Counted from the stretch's first letter, positions 27,520 to 41,717 are shown. The stretch: DNA of 64,000 nt from Octopus sinensis (GCF_006345805.1 NC_043008.1:5704001-5768000), one strand, 5' to 3'. Notes: generated by a model from the letters alone, not told the origin. Numbers and translations: made by a program.

Positions 27520-27912
27520 AGGGTAAGCTGGCGGAATCGTCAGCACGCCGGGAAAAATGCTTAGCGGCATTTTGTCTTTATGTTCTGAATTCAAATTCCG
27601 CCGCGGCCGACTTTGCCTTTCATCCTTTTGCGGTCGATAAATTAAGTACCAGTTACTCACTGGGGTTGATATAATCGACTTAATCCGTTTGTCTGTCCTT
27701 GTTTGTCCTCTCTGTGTTTAGCCCCTTGTGGGTAGTAAAGAAATAGGTATTTCGTCTGCCCTTACGTTCTGAATTCAAATTCCGCCGATGCTGATTTTGC
27801 CTTTCATCCTTTTGCGGTCGATAAACTAAGTACTAATGAAACACTGGGGTCGATGTAATCGACTTACCCCACTCCCTCAAAATCGATACATTGTGCCAAA
27901 ATTTGAAATCAA
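27520..27912 (+). mobile_element. SINE family B nested dimer (tail-1 unit followed by tail-2 unit)
   Basis: Head, core, tail 1, junction aagaaata|ggtatttcgtc (~27745), second core, tail 2 (ccccactccctcaaaat...ttgtgccaaaatttgaaatcaat). Confidence 0.88.
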
Positions 27913-28686
27913 TACGTCCAATGATTCACAAATTATTCTGCTTGATGCTATTTTCTATAATAAATGCTCTATTTAAATTCTCAAACCTTGTACATGTATA
28001 CGTAGTGGGAACTACTAAGACTCATGCATATTTACATATAGGTACATGATCCTACAAACAGGTTACAATTTCTAAAGGTTTTCAGGGGACAACAGGTTTA
28101 ATTTATGCAAAACTTACGTTTACAACATTTACAACTTATTTGATACATTCCGTGCAAAAGTTACAAATGTAAATAATAAACATTCTTCGTGTTCACTGCA
28201 AAAGATCTTGAAGAAAAAATATTTTTTGTATATACATGCGGCGGCATCAACAACAAACGTTGGTCCTCTGAATTCTCTATCTGCAATTTCAAATTATTTC
28301 TGGTTTTTGTTCTGTTTATGTCATGAAATATATACGTGCAGTGTAATAACAAGTAAATACGCGGAAGTTCAATACTTGATACCTCTCAGTATGCTGACTA
28401 TAATGGAAATATATCATGTAGAATAATTAATATTGGAATAAGTGTATATATATATAAATACATAGAGCGTATTAAATGTACATCGATGACACGAAGCGTA
28501 TTATATATATATTGATTAGATTTGTGAATGAGCAAAAGGAGATTAATTTGATCATAAGAATCTTTGAATATGAACAGATTAGTTGAGCATTAGGAACTAA
28601 AGAAGACAGCAAAATGAACTTTCCAATGCCAAAAATTAAAAGAACGACTCCAGCCAGTAATTAAAGCTTATGACGAATGATCAACC

Positions 28687-28719
<33 letters not shown>

Positions 28720-28729
28720 ATTGATTAGC

Positions 28730-29075
28730 TCTCTTTACTCTTTTTTTTTACTCTTTTAGTTGTTTCAGTCATTTGACTGCTGCCATGCTGGAGCACCGCC
28801 TTTAGTCGAGCAAATCGACCCCGGGACTTATTCTTTGTAAGCCCAGTACTTATTCTATCGGTCGCTTTTGCCGAACCGCTAAGTGACGGGGACGTAAACA
28901 CACCAGCATCGGTTGTCAAGCAATGCTAGGGGGAGAAACACAGACACACAAACACACACTCATACATATAAATATATACATATATACGACAAGCTTCTTT
29001 CAGTTTCCGTCTACCAAATCACCTCACAAGGCTTTGGTCGGCCCGGGGCTATAGCAGAAGACACATGCCCAAGAT
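28730..29075 (-). mobile_element. SINE family A, 5'-truncated, intact tail
   Basis: Plus strand tgtttcagtcatttgactgctgccatgctggagcaccgcc...cttctttcagtttccgtctaccaaatc. Confidence 0.9.
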
Positions 29076-29129
29076 GTATATATATATATATTTTTTTTAT
29101 TAACTATATATATATATATATATAGTTAA

Positions 29130-29340
29130 TAAAAAAACGGAGAAAAAAGACAAGAAAAACAACAGCGCAAGGACGTGGTACATGCAAAGTATTAATAAGG
29201 CGCTCAGAAAAAGAGAGAAAGAGTGGTTGTTTTATGTTTCGAGCAAAGCTCTTCTTTGGAAGCAGAAGACTTAGGAAAGTCTAAAAGAAAAGGAAGAAGG
29301 AGGAAAAAATCGCCAACAGTCCACGTGTACTGTTCCGTGA
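29130..29340 (-). mobile_element. Penelope-like pLTR fragment with decayed hammerhead-like motif (29229-29263)
   Basis: Minus strand ttc-CAAAGA-agagc(ttt)gctc-GAAAC-ata; architecture parallels 13681-13900. Confidence 0.5.
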
Positions 29341-29681
29341 TGATAAGATCAACAAAATAAAGTACTCCATCTAGTGGGAGATAAGTATTATTTAATAAAC
29401 ACAAAATATGTTTTTATGTGATACTGTTAATTTCAGGCGATGAAAGCATGCCAGACAATATTTTTAACACGTCAGCGTAATCTTTTAACACTTGCCCACA
29501 TGGCTAAAGATAGGACGATAAGATGAGAGAAAAAGCGAGAAAAAGCGAGAAAAAGCGAGAAAAGGCACGAAAGTAGATATAAAAGGTGGAAGGCCTAATT
29601 GACTGAAGGTAGAGAATCAGGGAAAATATTTAACAAGCAAGATAATTAACAGGTGCTCACGCTCAGTGAAATTATCATATA

Positions 29682-29907
29682 TGTTTCTTTATTATCCACA
29701 AGGGGCTAAACATAGAGGGGGTAAACAAGGACAGACAAACGGGTTAAGTCGATTACATCGATCCCAGTGCGTAACTGGTACTTAATTTATCGATCCCGAA
29801 AGGATGAAAGGCAACCTCGGCGGAATTCGAACTCAGAACTTAGCAACGGGTGAAATACCGCGAAGTACTTCGCCCGACGTGCTAACGTCTCTGCCAGCTC
29901 GCCGCCC
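29682..29907 (-). mobile_element. SINE family B, full length with 10-bp TSD
   Basis: TSD ttatcatata at 29672-29681 and 29908-29917. Confidence 0.88.
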
Positions 29908-29999
29908 TTATCATATAGCCGCTGCCCTAATATGAAGGCATCGTTACACGAGAACAATACCAAGAGCCAACACTCAGTTGTAACTGTCCCGGCTTTGTC

Positions 30000-30300
30000 G
30001 TTGAAACAAGTAGAACGACCATTTTAAAGACGTAGGACGTTTGCAAGAGAGATGAAAAAAAGTCAATAAATTTAGACGTCCTGAGATGGGAGGAGGTCGC
30101 AAATGATCGCCCATGATGGAGACAGATACTACGCGAGGGGATGGAGCGAAGGAAAGAGACTCTGGAACTTGTCGCCAAAGAAAAGCACGCTGGAATAAAG
30201 TAAAAGTCAGGTGGAGAGCATCTTCAAATGCAGTCGCCAAAACCTTCATCTTGTTTTCAGAGTTTTCTTTACTGTCCACTCATACGTAGACCTTGTGGCA
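30000..30300 (+). mobile_element. RTE-clade LINE 3' fragment
   Basis: Frameshifted DVCKRD...LRWEEVANDRP*WRQILREG, typical of the RTE ORF C-terminus. Confidence 0.65.
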
Positions 30301-30837
30301 AATAATAAAGGAAATTATTATTTTATTATTGTATTCTGTTGCTTTTGCTTTCTACTGATATTCTTATTCTAGGTTTGCTCTTCGACATATGCTGAATCAT
30401 AAAAATAAATCAAGGAAATATTCAAAGACTAACGCATTTATATGGCTATAGGTCAATGTATTATATCTTTGCGTAACGAAGTTATTGGAATTGATATAAA
30501 AATAGAAAATCAGAATGGTTCAAGATATCTGCTTTGACAGTTTATGAATAGTATATGTACGAAAGCGCATGTGTGTTGTTGTGTGAAGTTATACGTTATT
30601 GGATGTCAATACGGGAATGTATGTATATTGATGTCACGTGGATTGTATTTTGGTAGGAGCTGTGTACATTAGTGGCCAGTCAAGAGGAATCTTTGCATAT
30701 TAATATTTTTGTGTGTATATTTGCATTCTTAATATATACATGGTATTATCAAAAATTCATACAATGGAATATAAACTTACCTTTCCGGCAACTGAATATT
30801 AATTCTACACAATAAACAGAAAGCAACCTTTAAATCA

Positions 30838-31325
<488 letters not shown>

Positions 31326-32226
31326 TGCATATATAAATGCATGTATGTATACTTTAATTCGGTTAGCTGAAATTAAAAAAAATATTGAAGCTGTAAATTT
31401 CCCCAACTGTAATTATTTCTGTACCGTCTGTCAGTCATTTTGATTTTAAACACTTGCCAGAGTCAAAGAGCGACCACGCTTTGACGGAATGTTGATACGT
31501 AACAAACGGAAATCATTTTCGCTGTAATTATATTCAGAATCTTGAGAAGATAATTAGCTTCGTGCACCCGGGCTAATAGGATCGCAAGAGAAGATAGAAC
31601 ATAAGACGCAAAGGTAAATAGTTTAAACGCTTGTCATTTGCTCGTGCATCTCTGCATACCGGTGTATTCGCATGCATGACACATACAGCTCGTAGTGCAT
31701 GGGCATGGACGTAATTATGTATGTAAGATATACATACTTACATTAAACTTAAATATTACTCATGTGGAATATATTTGCTAGAAGCTGTATCGAATTACCT
31801 CAGCTTGAATATAATTACAGAAAAAAGAAATATTACTTACAGTGTAATCATTGGTTTTGGAATAATTTGGTGTGGAGTGTAAATATTTCAGATGATGAGA
31901 GGACGAAATAGATATATATTTGACTCACCGAAGTCTCATTTAAGATGCATAACATACAGCAAATATATACTTCCGGTACGTTTATGCGACGCCATATTTT
32001 TGCTTAAAAGTTCATCTTGCATTTGAAGAAACGAGAGAGAGAATCCTAGACTATAACTGTGAGACGAAGACAGCTAACAAGAGGAACTAAGTGCAACTTA
32101 CTGTATATGCAACCGAGCGTGTGTGTGTGTATGTGTGTGTATAGTTAAAAAGTAAAAGCGGAAACAGTATGAAAGTATGTTTAAACATTGTTTGAATTTA
32201 TTACATTAAATGATTTTTATAAAATA

Positions 32227-32620
32227 CAAGCAGTATCGCCCGTCGTTGCTCGGGTTTGTAAGGGAAATAACTATATAAGCATTTTTAGAGAGTTATAGCC
32301 AAAAAATAGCAAAAAAAATGCATTAAAAATGGAAAAAAAATTATGGTAAATTTTTTAAAAAATCGTTGACTCATTGTAGACATTTTTAGAGAGTTACTTC
32401 CCTTATATAATAGCGAAAAAATGCATTAAAATGGAAAAAAATGATGGTAATTTTTTTTTAAATCGTAGACTCATCGTAGACGCGCGCTAATACCCAGAAG
32501 GGCTCGATATGAATCACGACTATAAGATACCCGGTTTTGGTTAAACACCGCAAAATGTGGGAGTAGTTAGGAATCTAAATCGTAGGAGACAGACACACAA
32601 CTTCTCTTTTATATATAAAA
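32227..32620 (-). mobile_element. Non-autonomous Helitron
   Basis: Minus strand: A|TTttatatataaaagagaag 5' end (TC decayed); 3' hairpin cccgagcaacgacggg then cgatactgCTTG|T (CTAG decayed); A|T insertion, no TSD; internal ~100-bp tandem duplication. Confidence 0.75.
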
Positions 32621-32883
32621 TATTACCGGTTTCGGTGTCTATGCCCAACTTATACATTGAAAGTTCAATGTAAAAAATTGGGAAAGAATTAGGAAATAAA
32701 GAAAATATGGAAATTAAAACCAGTTTGTTCTCATATTTTGTGTGAAGTTAAGAACATGTTTGGAATTTTATCTTAAAGTCTCTTCTTTTATATGTCAACA
32801 GTAAGAGTCTGGGATGGAGTTCAAGTGGTCAAGTGTCAGAAATTCTATTGAATTGAAAAGAGAATTTCTATAATGCTCTGCAA

Positions 32884-32886
32884 TGT

Positions 32887-32945
<59 letters not shown>

Positions 32946-32983
32946 CGAGTGTGTGTGTGTGTGTATGTGTGTGTGCGCGCGAT

Positions 32984-33019
<36 letters not shown>

Positions 33020-33022
33020 CGC

Positions 33023-33061
<39 letters not shown>
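32884..33061. repeat. (GT)n microsatellite
   Basis: Direct reading. Confidence 0.95.
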
Positions 33062-33321
33062 GTATTAAGTGGATAAAAAATGGTCTGAAAGGATTCGGAA
33101 GAAATTGATTTTCTTTTACTTTGTGTGGTGTTTTTTTGCTTTTTTTGGGAATATGTCGTTTTGGGGAAAAGAAAATATTATTTTTATGACAAAATATTTT
33201 TTTTTTCTTTTTTATTCAGAATATGGTCAGCTACGTGTATATATTGTATTAAATGGATTTTAAGGGTGGTCATCAATTTTATTCAAGGATTTGGAAGGAT
33301 TTATTTTTCGTTTGCTTTCTG

Positions 33322-33352
<31 letters not shown>

Positions 33353-33749
33353 TTTGTTTTTAGGAATATGTTGTTTTGAGGAAGGAATTATTTTTGCGAA
33401 AAAAGATTCTATTGAATTCAGTAGTTGAATTCTTTATGAGTGTGTGTGTAAACTATAGATTATTATTTATTGACTAATGGTTAATGGTGGATGTTGCCGT
33501 ATTTAATTGTGGTTTATATTTGCTAATGAATAACTGGAAAGTCGGTCAGCCACGGCTCTTGCATAGCGATGTGGAGTTCCGCGAAAGGCCGTGACAGTTG
33601 AAGAAATACGGGAAGCGATGTGTGACTGCTCGTGGAAAAGCAAGCTCATGCTGTCCAATAGCGTTGTTCAGCGATGGATGGAGAGACGGACCGCTTAAAC
33701 TGCTCGGTAGAAGTTGCTGAGGCTGGATAATCTGTTCTATGGGCTACCA

Positions 33750-34835
33750 AAAATACAGCGTTGAAGAAGAGTTGGGCCAATGTGCTAGCTAAGAGGTTGG
33801 TGCCTCACGTCGATATTCAGGTAGGTAAGCCACAGACACGCGCCATCTCAAGCAAATCTATCCATGACGACCTCCAGCTTACGCTATACATTATTCAGAG
33901 CGAGGGTAAAGAACCTGCCATGGTTGAGGCGAATCAATTTAGATCAGTCGCAAGCCTTCGGGAAGGTCGATCATGAATACTTGGTTGATATTCTCAAGGA
34001 AGCTGGTTCAAGTTTCGGATTCGTCTTCAGAGACCGGATCGCTGAAACGTATCGCAAATGTAGTTAGAGTAAATAGCCATTTGTCAGAGTCGTTCAGTAT
34101 CATGCGATCGAGCCGTTAAGGATACTGCCTCCTGCCCCTTCTGTATGTATTGACCCTTGATCCACTACTGCAGAACTTGTAGGTTTCAAGGGCCATTTCA
34201 TTGGGAACTAGGATGCGGAAGATTCGTGCTTTCGTACGCGGACACCTTCAGCATGATAGTTTCGAGCACCAAACATATCTGGTTGATTGGCATTACTCGA
34301 AGGGAATACAAATCAGTAACCAGAAGAAATCGTAGGGTCTCCAGCTTGGCATCCGGAGAAGCAGGTTCATGCTATCCAACAGACTCGTTGAACGCTGGAC
34401 AGACAGACGAGATAGACTGTTCGAGCTTTGTTTTAGTCCAGACTTTCAGGTAGAAAAGAACTGGGAAGAGATCACGAGCAAGATGGTTGTTTTCACCCAG
34501 AGATGGTCAGAGAGAAAACTATCTCTGCAGGGCTAAGAGGAGGTGGCGAATGCTTCCATTACACCAGTCATCTACTACCTATTTCTTTACTACCCACAAG
34601 GGGCTAAACACAGAGAGGACAAACAAGGACAGACAAACGGATTAAGTCGATTATATCGACTCCAGTGCGTAACTGGTACTTATTTAATCGACCCCGAAGG
34701 GATGAAAGACAAAGTCGACCTCGGCGGAAATTGAACTCAGAACGTAACGGCAGACGAAATACCGCTAAGCATTTCGTCCAGCGTGCTAACGATTCTGCCA
34801 GTTCGCCAGTCATCTACTACCAGCTGACCGTTCGT
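33750..34835 (+). mobile_element. Decayed L1/Tx1-clade LINE reverse transcriptase, interrupted by a SINE
   Basis: ANVLAKRL...QTRAISSKSIHDDL...INLDQSQAFGKVDHEYL...VRVNSHLSESFSIMRSSR*G...LLYVLTLDPLL...SYAD across frameshifts. Confidence 0.75.
34580..34805 (-). mobile_element. SINE family B with perfect 16-bp TSD
   Basis: TSD ccagtcatctactacc at 34564-34579 and 34806-34821. Confidence 0.93.
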
Positions 34836-34967
34836 GCTTTGACTAGCTTCGTATTTAGTTTTAGTTTTCAACTCACATACCTTCACCGCAGCCAAATTTC
34901 TCCTGAAAATGTAAACCCTTTTGTGATTTTTAGTGCAAAATCTCATTTAGTTATCTTAAATTTTCAT

Positions 34968-35355
34968 TTACTCTCTCTTTTATTTTTTTACTTGTTTCAG
35001 TCATTTGACTGCGGCCATGCTGGAGCACCGCCTTTAGTGGAGCATATCGACCCCGGGACTTATTCTTTGTAAGCCCAGTACTTATTCTATCGGGTCTTTT
35101 GCCGAACCGCTAAGTGACGGGGACATAAACACACCAGCATCGGTGTCAAGCAATGCTAGGGAGACAAACAAAGACATACAAACGCATACACACATACATA
35201 TATATAAACGACAGGCTTCTTTCAGTTTCCGTCTACCAAATCCACTCACAAGGCATTGGTCGGCCCGGGGCTATAGCAGAAGACACTTGCCCAAGATGCC
35301 ACGGAACCATGTGGTTGGTTAGCAAGCTGCTTACCACACAGCCACTCCTGCGCCT
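34968..35355 (-). mobile_element. SINE family A, near full length
   Basis: From tail ttgtttcagtcatttgactgcggccatgctggagcaccgcc to head cttaccacacagccactcctgcgcc. Confidence 0.92.
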
Positions 35356-36004
35356 ATTCGTTACATTTTTGAACATACGAGTGTTAGTCTCTGTTCCTCA
35401 CGTGTTGCAGCGTTTTGTTCCTCATGGCTTGCGTCTTGTCAACGTTTGTAGCATTGAATATTTCCGAAGGTAATGAAAGTTTATTCATTCTAACTGAGAC
35501 AAGGCATTCAGATATACGTTTCAATGTATATTCCATTTCTACTTTCCTCCTCGTGGTTGTTATTATCCTACTTATTACATACCGTTAGTAATTGCCATAT
35601 GTCTATATCCAGATAAAAATGACTTCAAATACGATAAAGAATATCGAAGCCAACTCAGGAGAGACTTGCTTTAACATAGCATTAGCAAATACTACGACAA
35701 TTTGCTCATCTTACCTAGAAAACAGGATTAAACCGATGCACAGGGATCCACTATAAGCTCGTAAACTACTCAATGTACAAAACCTATGTAAACTATTCCA
35801 TAGAGTCGGGTTTGGTCGTTTTGAATTTAGATTATCGTGATAGATCTTGATACTCTTTAGATAAAGTTAAATGCATTTCATCTCGGCCTTAAAATTTATT
35901 TTGTGTTTTTTTTTAACTGCTGCGTTCGTAGGAAGACACAATGCCCCATGGCCTTTGCAGGCCTTTCTAGAGATAACACTGACGTAATTATGTGGCATAT
36001 ATAA

Positions 36005-36169
36005 GTGTGTATGTATGTATGTATGTATGTATGTATGTATGTATGTATGTATGTATGTATGTATGTATGTATGTATGTATGTATGTATGTATGTATATGT
36101 GTGTGTGTGTGGTGTATGTATGTATGTGTCTGTTTAGTGTCTGTCTATCTATCTTGGCATCTGTAAGAA

Positions 36170-36217
<48 letters not shown>

Positions 36218-36316
36218 AATATATACATATATAGATTCTTCTATCTATCTATCTACTTACCTACCTACCTACCCACCTACCTACCTACCTACCTACCTAC
36301 CTACCTATCTACCAAC

Positions 36317-36366
<50 letters not shown>

Positions 36367-36380
36367 CCATATCTATCTAC
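36005..36380. repeat. Compound (TATG)n/(CT)n/(CTAC)n/(TATC)n
   Basis: Direct reading. Confidence 0.93.
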
Positions 36381-37415
36381 ACAGATGCCGTAGTTCGTAC
36401 ATAGAAAGGTTTTACTAGGTACATTTCCTAACAGTTATCTCCCTTATCACATATCAAGTGTGGCTATGGATCATTCGCACACACACTTAGAACATACTCT
36501 TACTCTCATACACTTTCGTGTACCATGATTTGGGAAGATAAAGAGTTGGATGTGTGGAGGAATGGAGGAAGGCAGAGAGAACCTTTTAAACCAAACTTCA
36601 TAAATGACATATTTGAGTAACAAATGTCAAATAAGTGAATCCATTTTGAACACAAATGTCGAGGATGAATTAAAAACTGTACTTTTTAACTGCATAAAGC
36701 GTATTTTTTTTTTAAAAAACGTGACTTTTAGTTTTATTTCAAAGTTTTGTATAATTCCATTGTTTCAAGAATGTTTCCATAGCAGAGCAACGGGGTGTTT
36801 CCATTTAGCTCCCACATCAGTTCTAGAGTGTGTATACAAATTCTACAATAGGTATGTATGTCGTTGACATTTGATGTGCATCATAAGTTTTTGAGATTAA
36901 AAGAGTTTTTGATAATTTTTCTCTCGTTTGTACTCTGGCTGGTTTTGAATTATCGATTATAGTTCAACCAACAACGATAACTAAGCTACTCACGCGATGA
37001 ACAGTGAACATAATACAACATCTTCGCAGTTTTAAATAACGACAAGCTATCATCTTAATTGGCATATACATATTTAATCATCGTGTTCTTCAAACAGTTT
37101 CTAATGAAATGTCATCCTAATCTCCTTCATTATCCTTCAAGTAGATTCGTCTCATCTATGACCAATTTTATAAATAGTAATTCATATTAATTATTGCAAT
37201 TATTAATCACCACGTTCTTCAAGTGCACTTTTAATAAATCGAATCCATTCAACATTTCCGAGTTTCGTGGATGAAGAGAAAATATTTGTAAATAACTCAT
37301 TAGTTTCCTGATCTTAATGTTCTCCGTCTTGTCCGCTTCGTCCAAACAATACACGACACACACGCACAAATACAATATATGTGTGTTTGAATGTATATAT
37401 GTATGTATACATGTG

Positions 37416-37485
<70 letters not shown>

Positions 37486-37578
37486 CGGAAAACACGCCAC
37501 ACAGGCTTCCCGGCAAAGAATTCGCACAACCGATTGTATTAGTTGTTGCACAACTTTTACATAAAAAAATATATTACA
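37486..37578 (-). repeat. Inverted partial copy of the 38250-41655 repeat unit
   Basis: Reverse complement matches 38325-38421 (ttgtaatatatttttt...gttgtgcgaattctttgc...tgtgtggcgtgttt). Confidence 0.85.
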
Positions 37579-37593
37579 AATATATGTATGTAT

Positions 37594-37624
<31 letters not shown>

Positions 37625-38018
37625 TATATATATATATGTATGTGTATATATACTTATATACTTTCATATACACACATATGTACACAGATAGATATACACA
37701 TATGCATCTATATATTCTGAATTTTGCATTAAAATGAACGCTTAAAACATTTTAAATCTGTCGGATGATTATTGACATTTTTTAAAACAAATTTTCTTTT
37801 CGTTTATTAAGTCACTCCAGCTTGAAATAATAAAACTTAACAAAAAGTGCAGAACTTCAAATAAAAACGATGCAGTCAAACGTCTGTTATGTTTGTCAAT
37901 TTGTTATATTACATAATTCAGCCACAGAGACAAATTTCCGCCTCAGCCAAAATTGAGATAATGTCTAATCTTTAACTTATATGATATGTGGGGGCTAATA
38001 TAGATATGTTTACATGGC

Positions 38019-38078
<60 letters not shown>

Positions 38079-38155
38079 TTGTCTCTCTCTTTCTCTCTCT
38101 CTCTCTCTATCTATCTATCTACCTATCTATTTGTCTCTCTCTCTATTTGTCTCTT

Positions 38156-38212
<57 letters not shown>

Positions 38213-38219
38213 GCATGCA

Positions 38220-38256
<37 letters not shown>

Positions 38257-38790
38257 AATGGACGGACGACAGTCACATCGGTTCCTGGTAAGTTTGCCTT
38301 TTATTGCCTTCAAAATTTGTGTATTGTAATATATTTTTTATGTAAAAGTTGTGCAACAACTAATACATTCAGTTGTGCGAATTCTTTGCTCGGGAAGCCT
38401 GCCCTGTGTGGCGTGTTTCCCGATTTTTTAAATTTGTCTTCGGCTTTCTGAGCCATTTCTGTTTTGAGCATGGCGACTTCAAAGCTATGAAGACGTCGAT
38501 GAAAAGATCACTGGTCTCCTTGACAACGCTTACGACGTTGATTTCCCTACCCTGCCTTCCCCACAGCTTCATGAAGGGGGGGGGGCACACAGGTGCAGGT
38601 GTGGACTGGACGCTAACACCGCCACTGACACACGAAAAAATTGGAAGCACCCAGACGACAGCTTCACAGTCAACCACTATTACGGACAACTCTGTCACCC
38701 CACCACCACCACCACCTGTCTGTCTGTCTGTCTGTCTGTCGGTCTGTCTGTCTGTCTTTCTATCTACTATCTATCTATTTCTCTCTCTCT

Positions 38791-38824
<34 letters not shown>

Positions 38825-39534
38825 ATATATATATATATCTATCTATCTATCTATCTAATGGACGGACGACAGTCACATCGGTTCCTGGTAAGTTTGCCTT
38901 TTATTGCCTTCAAAAGTTGTGTATTGTAATATATTTTTTATGTAAAAGTTGTGCAACAACTAATACATTCAGTTGTGCGAATTCTTTGCTCGGGAAACCT
39001 GCCGATTTTGTAAATTTGTCTTCGGCTTTCTGAGCCATTTCTGTTTTGAGCATGGCGACTTCAAGACATGAAGTCGTTGTCGAAAGGTACGCGGGTTTCC
39101 TTGACAACGCTTACGACGTTGATTTCCCTACCCTGCCTTCCCCACAGCTTCATGAAGAGGGAAGGAGGGGAGGAGCCACACAGGTGCAGGTGTGAGCATG
39201 AACGCCGACACACACGAAAAGTTGGAAGGGCCCAGACGACACCTTCACAGTCAACCACTACTACTACGGACAACTCTGCCACAAGCACCACCACCACCAC
39301 CACCACCTCCGCCACCACCACCACCGCCGCCGCCGCTGCAACCACTACCACCACCACGACCACCACGACCACCACCACTACCACCACCACCACCACCACT
39401 ACCACCACCACCACCACCACCACCACCTCTTCAGGTTTGGAGAAGAACCATTGTGTAGGTACTGCGACTCAAAAGAGGTTGAATTGGCCAACCTAAAAGG
39501 AAGCATGAAGGAAAAGCAGACATTATACAGCACA

Positions 39535-39990
39535 AAATAATGCATGTGTACATAAAACGTAAGCTAGAGGACAACAATAACATTGAGAAGAAGAGTAGCC
39601 TCTGCTGGACCTGTGATAAATACATTCTATCGCACGTAGAAGGATATACCTTTGCTATCCAAGAAAAGGAGATAGTTACTAAATATCTGAAAACAAGAGA
39701 AACAAAGATATCATCAAACCTCCACGTTGTTATAGAAAATGTCGGCTCTGCTATACCAGTGGGTAAAATATCATCCACATCATCAGCAGCTGCCACAAAA
39801 TGTTTACGATATACTACCTGCCCCTGAAAGATAGCCCTGATGTGTATATGAAAGGCATGTCAGAACCAGCATGTATTCACGCTTAAAAAAATACTAGTGG
39901 AATATCTCAAAAAAGAGCAGTTCGGTGCAAGCATAATATACCTAGAATTGCTCTGTGTGAAGGTGAACGGAAGTCATGCACTGGTGTACA
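39535..39990 (+). mobile_element. Decayed R4/Dong-type LINE (CCHC knuckle region), copy 1
   Basis: DKYILSHVEGYTFAIQEKEIVTKYL then frameshifted CRLCYTSG*NIIHIISSCHKMFTIYYLP. Confidence 0.7.
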
Positions 39991-40957
39991 AATTTGAAGC
40001 CTTCTTTGAATAGTCAGATGTCAGTTTACCTGGAAAGAAACAGGTTATTAATAAGTAAAATTGAAATTAATATATGCAACACTTGACAACTCTAGCACCA
40101 CTCCTTGATAGTCAGCCTATGCACTTTTCAGTCCTCCTTGCACGTATTCATAACATCTCAAGATTTACAGGAAAAATACATTTATACACGAATTTATGAA
40201 TTTAGAACCCCATCGATCAAGTTTGGCTTCATATATATATATATATATATTATATATCTATCTATCTATCTATCTAATGGACGGACGAGCAGTCACATCG
40301 GTTCCTGGTAAGTTTGCCTTTTATTGCCTTCAAAAGTTGTGTATTGTAATATATTTTTTATGTAAAAGTTGTGCAACAACTAATACATTCAGTATGTGCG
40401 AATTCTTTGCTCGGGAAACCTGCCGATTTTGTAAATTTGTCTTCGGCTTCTGAGCCATTTCTGTTTTGAGCATGGCGACTTCAAGACATGAAGTCGTTGT
40501 CGAAAGGTACGCGGGTTTCCTTGACAACGCTTACGACGTGATTTCCCTACCCTGCCTTCCCCACAGCTTCATGAAGAGGGAAGGAGGGGAGGAGCCACAC
40601 AGGTGCAGGTGTGAGCATGAACGCCGAACACAACACGAAAAGTTGGAAGGGCCCAGACGACACCTTCACAGTAAACCACTACTACTACGGACAACTCTGC
40701 CCAGCACAACCAACCACCAACCACCAACCTCGCCACCACCACCACCGCCGCCGCCGCTGCAACCACTACCAACACCACGACCACCACGACCACCAACACT
40801 ACCACCACCACCACCACCACTACCACCACCACCACCACCACCACCACCTCTTCAGGTTTGGAGAAGAACCATTGTGTAGGTACTGCGACTCAAAAGAGGT
40901 TGAATTGGCCAACCTAAAAGGAAGCATGAAGGAAAATCAGACATTATACAACACAAA

Positions 40958-41415
40958 ATAATGCATGTGTACATAAACCGTAAGCTAGAGGACAACAATA
41001 ACATTGAGAAGAAGAGTAGCCTCTGCTGGACCTGTGATAAATACATTCTATCGCACGTAGAAGGATATACCTTTGCTATCCAAGAAAAGGAGATAGTTAC
41101 TAAATATCTGAAAACAAGAGAAACAAAGATATCATCAAACCTCCACGTTGTTATAGAAAATATCGGCTCTGCTATATCAGTGGGTAAAATATCATCCACA
41201 TCATCAGCAGCTGCCACAAAATGTTTACGATATACTACCTGCCCCTGGAAAGATAGCCCTGATGTGTATATGAAAGGCATGTCAGAACCAGCATGTATTC
41301 ACGCTTAAAAAAATACTAGTGGAATATCTAAAAAAAGAGCAGTTCGGTGCAAGCATAATATACCTAGAATTGCTCTGTGTGAAGGTGAACGGAAGTCATG
41401 CACTGGTGTACAAAT
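40958..41415 (+). mobile_element. Decayed R4/Dong-type LINE, copy 2 within the duplication
   Basis: Same motifs as 39535-39990. Confidence 0.7.
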
Positions 41416-41717
41416 TTGAAGTCTTCTTTGAATAGTCAGATGTGAGATTACCTGGAAAGAAACAAGTTATTAATAAGTAGAATTGAAATTAATATATGCA
41501 ACACTTGACAACTCTAGCACCACTCCTTGATAGTCAGCCTATGTACTTTTCAGCCCTCCTTGCACGTATTCATAACATCTCAAGATTTACAGGAAAAATA
41601 CATTTATACACGAATTTATGAATTTAGAACCCCATCGATCAAGTTTGGCTTCATATATATATATATATATATTATATATATTACAGAGTGACTTGATCTG
41701 AAATCGTGTGCTGAGAC

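Larger units (their letters stand above)
38250..41655 (+). repeat. Tandem segmental repeat: diverged partial copy (38250-38715) plus two ~1.4-kb near-identical copies (~38850-40230, ~40270-41655)
   Basis: Each starts tctaatggacggacga...cggttcctggtaagtttgcc; long copies both end ccccatcgatcaagtttggcttcatata. Confidence 0.93.

Noticed and set aside
29526-29566. gagaaaaagc x4
   Set aside because: Ordinary 10-bp slippage repeat with no further structure.
37187-37375. CLDEADK resembles a DEAD-box/Walker B motif
   Set aside because: Isolated 7-residue match with no other helicase motifs or convincing exon context.
39068-40961. Thr-, Pro- and His-rich ORFs resembling mucin, formin or His-rich proteins
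   Set aside because: Different frames of one (CCA)n microsatellite; frames are not conserved between the duplicated copies.
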